Positions 44,912 through 49,598 of a stretch of 49,598 nucleotides of DNA are shown piece by piece. Source of the stretch: a virus. Its lineage: Duplodnaviria > Caudoviricetes. The position numbers and the translations under genes are program-made. Location: positions 1 through 49,598 of the IMG/VR virus record IMGVR_UViG_3300017716_001243. One strand, given 5' to 3'. Within the stretch, counting starts at the first letter, position 1. Every line of letters begins with the position of its first letter. The notes beneath the pieces are model-generated. The model saw nothing but the letters and a program-made list of their open reading frames with translations, did not search any database and was not told where the DNA came from.

Positions 44912-45319
44912 ATGGCCCGTAATAGGCCCGGCAAGCGTGAACGCCAGAACGCCACCCGCGACGCTTTCCAGCGTGAACGGGCCGCGATAATGGCTCGCAA
45001 TGCGCTTGAGGCGAAGCCGGTTAAATCGGTTCGCGTTCACCCCGATTGTGTAAAGGCATTGACCCTTATGGGGGCGGGCCGATACGTCGCCCCGAAAGGC
45101 CTTCGCAATTCGGTTCTAGCCCGCGATAGTCTCAAGTCCGCAAGCCATGATATCGGCTTTATCGGGCCGCGCGGCTATCACACACCAACGGACAAGGTTG
45201 GTAAGCGAGAGGCTGAAAAAGGTTTGCTCGCGTCATCACGTAGGACGCAGACGGAACGTCAAGAGGCGCTTGCACTAGCAGCCTCGGTCACGTTCAACCG
45301 TCCGACGCAAAAAGATTAG
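44912..45319 (+). CDS. Basic early protein with Arg-rich N-terminus
   Basis: AGGTGA RBS; MARNRPGKRERQNATRDAFQRER. Confidence 0.7.
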   Translation: MARNRPGKRERQNATRDAFQRERAAIMARNALEAKPVKSVRVHPDCVKALTLMGAGRYVAPKGLRNSVLARDSLKSASHDIGFIGPRGYHTPTDKVGKREAEKGLLASSRRTQTERQEALALAASVTFNRPTQKD

Positions 45320-45359
45320 GCCCGCCCTATTCGTGACACAATGTCACGTTATGGTGTGC

Positions 45360-45850
45360 CTTAGATGAGGGCTTAGGCTCTTGTCGTCCTACCTAGCGGG
45401 TAGCTAGGGCGGTTCCTCGCCGCAACAAGAGGGCGGGTTCTTACCCGTACCGCGACGCAAGCGGGCTGAATAGGTCAAGCAAGGTTTACCTTGTCTAGCC
45501 TAGAAGGTTCGTATCCCTTGGGGAGCGTAATGTGGTGCACGCAATCGGTAACGATTGACGTGATTAGGTTGTATAGGACCGGCGCGCGCCTTGGGCATTA
45601 TGCGTGACGACTATAGGACCACTGTAACGCCTTGTCCGTAACCCCCTATGGGAGCGGGAACGGGGCGACACAACAAGCAACCCTTACGCATGGCATAGGC
45701 TCGCACGGTACAGACACCGGGCGGGCTTTCGCCGTGCTATAGAGGGGTTGCTAGTGGTGAACGCATGGGGTTTTCGCCCCCATGTTAGGCAACGTCTATC
45801 ATAGCTCCGTGCGCTCACTCCTAGCAATCCTGCTAGGTTAAACCCATGCG
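45360..45850 (+). ncRNA. Putative large structured RNA of unknown family
   Basis: No ORF of 60 aa or more; about ten consecutive stems, some with G-U pairs in + orientation. Confidence 0.55.
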
Positions 45851-45883
45851 CTAAGTGCCCGTGGGAGGCTTAAGGAATAGGCT

Positions 45884-46621
45884 ATGAAAATCCAATCGGC
45901 AAAGGCGCTGAACGCCCGCATTGACGCGTTCGGCAAGGTCGTGCTGTCCACGCAACAGGAAGCCCAAGATATCGGCGTCCAGTGTCTCGCGCACTATGCG
46001 GAGCACGGCGACCTGACCCTGTTCGCGCGGTTCGTCGGCGGCAAGATCGGCAAGAAGGCCCCCAAGGACCGCAAATACACCATCACCGATGACTTCCCCG
46101 GCGTCTGCGGCGTCATGCGGAAGTCCATCGTGGCGTGGGCCGCGAAGTTCTCCGACCTGCGGTTCAACGGCGACGGCATGGTGTACCGCATGAACCGGGC
46201 CTCCGAATCCTTCAAGGTGTTTCACCCGACCATCGGCGGCGTGCTGTCCAAAGCCGGTCAGGCCGTCAACGTGGACATGGCGGAGGCCGATCCGTGGTAC
46301 GAAGGGGACGGTGCGAAGGCCCTTGCGGCCACCCGTCCGCTGGACCTGCTGAACCTCATCACCATCGCTGCGTCCATCAGCAAGCGGCTGGCCAAGGCCA
46401 AGGAGCAGGACGCGGAGGACGGCGGCGTCATCGTTCCGGGTCAGCTGGAAAAGATGGAAGCCTTCGCGGCGGCCATTGCGGCGGCCACGGCGGCCTTCGA
46501 GAAGAAGGAGAATGTCAACGTCGTCATGCTAGCCGCCGAACGTGAGGCCCGTGCCAAGGCCGCTGCTGCTGCCCCGGTCGTCGTGGACCGTGCCGCTGGC
46601 GCTGAAGTGGCCGCTGGCTAA
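45884..46621 (+). CDS. Early hypothetical protein, probably highly expressed
   Basis: 245 aa, strong GC3 bias, AAGGA RBS, H..EHGD.TL motif. Confidence 0.85.
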   Translation: MKIQSAKALNARIDAFGKVVLSTQQEAQDIGVQCLAHYAEHGDLTLFARFVGGKIGKKAPKDRKYTITDDFPGVCGVMRKSIVAWAAKFSDLRFNGDGMVYRMNRASESFKVFHPTIGGVLSKAGQAVNVDMAEADPWYEGDGAKALAATRPLDLLNLITIAASISKRLAKAKEQDAEDGGVIVPGQLEKMEAFAAAIAAATAAFEKKENVNVVMLAAEREARAKAAAAAPVVVDRAAGAEVAAG

Positions 46622-46903
46622 CTGTCAGCACTAGTTTCCCCTCGTGGTCGTCTCTGTGCGTCTATGGCCGTCCGTCATAGGGCCGCGAGGGGTCTCTTGT
46701 TCTGATAGGAGATTGCCAAGTGCGTTGACTGAACTCCTCTCGGGCCATTCCCCGACGTTAAAAGGCGACGTAACAGCCTAGCCCCTCATGCCATCACACG
46801 CCCGACTAGGCATTGACGCTAAGACCCAAGGGCACGCAGACAAACATATGGCTGGCATCATCCAAGCGGGGCGCACCCGTCTGCCCTTGTATGTGCGCGA
46901 GAG

Positions 46904-46940
46904 AGGCCGCCTGGGCGTAACAACCTGGGCGGCCTTTTCT
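46904..46940 (+). terminator. Terminator-like hairpin with GTAACA loop
   Basis: AGGCCGCC...GGCGGCC-TTTTCT. Confidence 0.65.
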
Positions 46941-47007
46941 ATTGACTTAATCTATCACGGTGTCGGGTGCTCGCCCGGCCTGTGAGGTGTGCTTAGTGGT
47001 GAACATA
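46931..47007 (+). repeat. 77-bp direct repeat copy 1
   Basis: Identical to 47131-47207 (200-bp period). Confidence 0.95.
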
Positions 47008-47103
47008 ATGAACTAGCTTATAGCCGCGAGGCTTAAAAGGGCAGGGGATGGCCTGAGCCGTAACTAGTATTTCCCCTAACTTGTATTTAGCGAAAAGCGA
47101 TCG

Positions 47104-47140
47104 AGGCCCGCCTGATGTAACAATCGGGTGGGCCTTTTCT
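47104..47140 (+). terminator. Terminator-like hairpin with GTAACA loop
   Basis: GGCCCGCCTGAT-GTAACA-ATCGGGTGGGCC-TTTTCT. Confidence 0.7.
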
Positions 47141-47207
47141 ATTGACTTAATCTATCACGGTGTCGGGTGCTCGCCCGGCCTGTGAGGTGTGCTTAGTGGT
47201 GAACATA
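47131..47207 (+). repeat. 77-bp direct repeat copy 2
   Basis: Identical to 46931-47007. Confidence 0.95.
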
Positions 47208-47418
47208 CAGTCCCTTGCAGCCGCAGCAGGCATTAATGGTCGGTAGCGAGTAAGTGGGTGGTCAAACCTGGACTTAACTCAACGACTGTATGTTCTCCTC
47301 TACGCATGCGGTTGATACGTGGGAATGTAGCACGTTAAAAATGGAAATGACGGTTAGCAACTGGCCGCCGGTTGAGCTAACTAGCCGTGTGCGTAGAACC
47401 TTTCAATGGAGAATACCA

Positions 47419-47691
47419 ATGATGAAGAAACTCACTGCTGCTGCCGTCGCCCTCGCCTGTCTCGCCGTGGCTGGTTGTCAAGTCACCGAGGCTGGACGTG
47501 CCAGTCGTGACGCCTACTATGGTGACAAGCCCGCTGCTGTCACCTGCTACGCCTACGGCACGCTTACCTTCGAGGGCACCAGCACCGGCAAGATCATCTA
47601 CGATGAGGGCGGTCGCCTGACCTTCGTGGACGCTGCCAACGGGCGTCTGACCACCATCGAGGGCGAGTGCCGGGTCATCTACGCGGCCTAA
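47419..47691 (+). CDS. Early lipoprotein
   Basis: MMKK, hydrophobic stretch, lipobox VAGC; GGAG RBS. Confidence 0.8.
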   Translation: MMKKLTAAAVALACLAVAGCQVTEAGRASRDAYYGDKPAAVTCYAYGTLTFEGTSTGKIIYDEGGRLTFVDAANGRLTTIEGECRVIYAA

Positions 47692-47695
47692 GGGC

Positions 47696-47724
47696 TTGAC
47701 AAAAGCCTGAATCCGTGCTACCCT
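47696..47724 (+). promoter_or_regulatory. Putative housekeeping promoter
   Basis: TTGACA-17 nt-TACCCT with extended TG. Confidence 0.55.
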
Positions 47725-47757
47725 ACTGTTACAGCCCCCGGTAAAGGATACCACAAG

Positions 47758-47880
47758 ATGTGCAATACACTCCACACCGCTGTCGTCTTCTGGACCATCG
47801 GCGGTGCCCTCGTGGTGGCTTCTGTCTCGCTGGCATTCATCGCCGTCAAGAAAGCCCTCGAAATGTGGGACATACTCTGA
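47758..47880 (+). CDS. Small membrane protein, 40 aa
   Basis: AAGGA RBS; single hydrophobic helix. Confidence 0.6.
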   Translation: MCNTLHTAVVFWTIGGALVVASVSLAFIAVKKALEMWDIL

Positions 47881-48059
47881 TGGCACGTCTATCACGCTGT
47901 CGCCAGAACCATCCCAACCCGACACCGGCACCAGCTGTGGTCGAAGTCCGGGAGGATGAGTACATCTTTGCCTCGGAATACCACTTCGATGTGGTGGTCC
48001 CGGGGGAAGAACGCACGAGAGCCCTGTCCGAGCATTTCGGCGCAGGTTTCTTGTCCTAG
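47880..48059 (+). CDS. Small hypothetical protein, 59 aa
   Basis: TGATG overlap; MARLSRCRQ... Confidence 0.55.
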   Translation: MARLSRCRQNHPNPTPAPAVVEVREDEYIFASEYHFDVVVPGEERTRALSEHFGAGFLS

Positions 48060-48060
48060 A

Positions 48061-48339
48061 ATTGCTGCTGTGCACCCCGGCTCCGTGGTTTATTCCAATT
48101 CAGCGCGGTTCGACCGGAGGCAGTAGTCGTCATGCGGGAGACGTTAAAAGCCCCGCTCTTTTTGTTGCAAGCGATTTATAATCGCGCATAAGACCGCAAG
48201 TGAACAGGTGGTGCTTGTCGTCATTCTGTAACCCGGCTCCGTGATTCCAACTTTTGTTGTCCGCCCTCTCCGGTCGGCGTGGCACATTTACAGGTGGTAA
48301 GTCGGAGGAGGTTGCTAGGTCGGCGCGTGGCACCTGTTC
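48061..48339 (+). ncRNA. Two further structured RNA domains sharing CCCGGCTCCGTG..ATTCCAA
   Basis: Stems 48061/48127 and 48202/48339. Confidence 0.45.
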
Positions 48340-48384
48340 TCTTTTTGTCTTATTAACAACCCTTAATCTTCGGAGAAGATTTCT

Positions 48385-48528
48385 ATGCGCTTCATCATCA
48401 CCCACGCCCGCTACGGAACCGCCGTTTCGGTTGACCTCCCGAGCCACTCCACGCGGGCCGATCGCAACCAAGTGCGGGCCATCCTGCGTAACGCCGAGCG
48501 GGGTCGTCTCGCTGGCCGGGACGAGTAA
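48385..48528 (+). CDS. Small hypothetical protein, 47 aa
   Basis: GGAG RBS; MRFIITHARYG... Confidence 0.6.
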   Translation: MRFIITHARYGTAVSVDLPSHSTRADRNQVRAILRNAERGRLAGRDE

Positions 48529-48658
48529 GTCCTGATGTTCCGTAACTATCTGATGCGAACCGTCAGCACCCAACCCATCCACGCTGCAGCCGGGAGGCTC
48601 TACGTTGTCAAACAGGAAGCACTTCAACTACGCGAGGGGCCACAGCCTTCGACTGAAG

Positions 48659-48856
48659 ATGTCGACGCAATGGGACTCGCTGCGGGCACGTAACTGGCTC
48701 GCATGGTTCCTGCTCAGCGCCGCTGTGGCTGCTGGCTGGCCATCTATCACAACTGTCGTCCTCTTCGTCCTCGTGGGTCTGCGTCTCGGCTTCGTGCTGG
48801 TGCGCTGGTTTGACACGATGCGACGGCGGGCCAAATGGAGAAAACAGTTTGCGTAA
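48659..48856 (+). CDS. Small membrane protein
   Basis: Two hydrophobic segments and a basic tail. Confidence 0.55.
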   Translation: MSTQWDSLRARNWLAWFLLSAAVAAGWPSITTVVLFVLVGLRLGFVLVRWFDTMRRRAKWRKQFA

Positions 48857-48974
48857 TCTGAAACAACTTGCCCCTGCCTTTTTGGCGGGGTTTTTTATTG
48901 CCCTGTTGGGCTTCGGTGTCATCATGATGCTGGCCGACACCGTTGCACGAATCGGAGCTGCCAATGGCGGATGA
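48849..48974 (+). CDS. Small membrane protein, 41 aa
   Basis: GGAG RBS then TTG; single hydrophobic helix. Confidence 0.45.
   Translation: MRNLKQLAPAFLAGFFIALLGFGVIMMLADTVARIGAANGG
48870..48899 (+). terminator. Terminator-like hairpin upstream of the middle genes
   Basis: CCCTGCC-TTTTT-GGCGGGG-TTTTTTATT. Confidence 0.55.
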
Positions 48975-49338
48975 TGTCTGGCATCGCATCTTGGCGTCCC
49001 ACTCGTCCTGCTGCGGCATCTATGTCCTGTCTGCCGTCCGGAACCCGCGTGAGGACGCCAATACGCAGTCCCTCAGCTACTATGGCAGTGGTTTCCCCGA
49101 TATGCCGCTCAACAGCGGCTGGCGGGCGTCCGAGTTCGACCACTCCAAGTGGGATGAAGCTATCGACGCCGTACCCAATCAACCGTACAACGTGGGTTGG
49201 AACTACCGCTTCAAAACGGAAAACCCCAAGGCCGGAATGCAACTGCTTCGGTTTGCTGCGCTCGATGAGGCCGTGCCGGAAGGTTTCACGGTGCTGGCCG
49301 AAAACTCCCACGGAAAACTGATCGGACGGGTGGCCTGA
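48964..49338 (+). CDS. Hypothetical protein (CCGI...GF family)
   Basis: GGAG RBS; CCGIYVL...EGFTVLAEN. Confidence 0.75.
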   Translation: MADDVWHRILASHSSCCGIYVLSAVRNPREDANTQSLSYYGSGFPDMPLNSGWRASEFDHSKWDEAIDAVPNQPYNVGWNYRFKTENPKAGMQLLRFAALDEAVPEGFTVLAENSHGKLIGRVA

Positions 49339-49598
49339 TGGTTGAATCAATCGAAGCTGAACCGTGTTTGCATCCGTCGGTCCTCGCTGTCTATTTCAGA
49401 GGTCTCTGTACGCATGGACCGACTGACGTCCGGATACGTGAGTACTACAAGGAGGCCACCAAAGCCTTCACCGACCGGTTCCCCCGAGAATTCCGGCCCG
49501 AGCCCGACACCATCTACAATGCGGCCTTGGCAGGGCATCAGAAGCACGTCTATGGCCCCGGGCTCGAGGCTGCTGGCTTCAAGCTGGTGCAGACCTCC
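49338..49598 (+). CDS. 5' part of the junction-spanning hypothetical protein (continues to 183)
   Basis: TGATG start; open through the terminal repeat. Confidence 0.8.
   Translation, partial: MVESIEAEPCLHPSVLAVYFRGLCTHGPTDVRIREYYKEATKAFTDRFPREFRPEPDTIYNAALAGHQKHVYGPGLEAAGFKLVQTS
49476..49598. repeat. Terminal direct repeat, identical to 1-123
   Basis: Exact identity. Confidence 0.95.

Larger units (their letters stand above)
46625..47397 (+). ncRNA. Array of closed structured RNA domains
   Basis: Closing stems at 46638/46692, 46722/46819, 46827/46889, 47012/47068, 47201/47295, 47299/47397. Confidence 0.55.

Noticed and set aside
45500-45520. tRNA/tmRNA T-arm (GGTTCGTATCC)
   Set aside because: Lacks the conserved A58 and a proper 5-bp stem; no cloverleaf or CCA end
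46788-46985. 65-aa ORF in the structured region
   Set aside because: No RBS, and it runs through a terminator and the 77-bp repeat
46931-47207. CRISPR mini-array
   Set aside because: Only two repeats; the 77-bp repeat and 123-bp spacer are outside CRISPR ranges
47310-47397. Pistol, twister, hammerhead or SAM-II match
   Set aside because: Only the hairpin-UUAAA fragment fits; required pseudoknot partners and catalytic cores (e.g. CUGANGA/GAAA) were not found

Overview
The window is a complete, circularly permuted lytic podovirus genome of about 49,475 bp. Bases 1-123 equal 49476-49598, and one ORF reads through that junction. The gene order resembles Zobellviridae/LUZ24/phiEco32-type phages. 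I saw no RNA polymerase, integrase, tRNA or CRISPR array. The + arm carries early genes, a GGCT / two amidotransferase / two amidoligase / ATP-grasp cluster, ThyX, primase-helicase, PolA, SSB, nucleases, DUF5664 and class II RNR. It converges at a bidirectional terminator (~19250) with the - arm, which carries tail fibre, terminase, portal, capsid, tail, ejection and lysis genes. TTGAC-N-GCTA promoters and an alphaproteobacterial-style boxA suggest an alphaproteobacterial host (inference). The least explained features are five. (1) Roughly 1.6 kb of non-coding early DNA within 45360-48340 folds into back-to-back closed RNA domains, organised by a 77-bp repeat and a TAGTGGTGAAC motif. (2) There are signs of an rRNA-like or N-like antitermination system. 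(3) The peptide-ligase operon contains an unannotated 44-aa hyper-acidic peptide and an Rmf-like module, and four tandem paralogues lie just upstream. (4) Three genes appear to start at ATT/ATC. (5) A consensus antisense promoter points at the DNA polymerase gene. All family calls are from motif recognition by eye, and all RNA folds are hand-paired.
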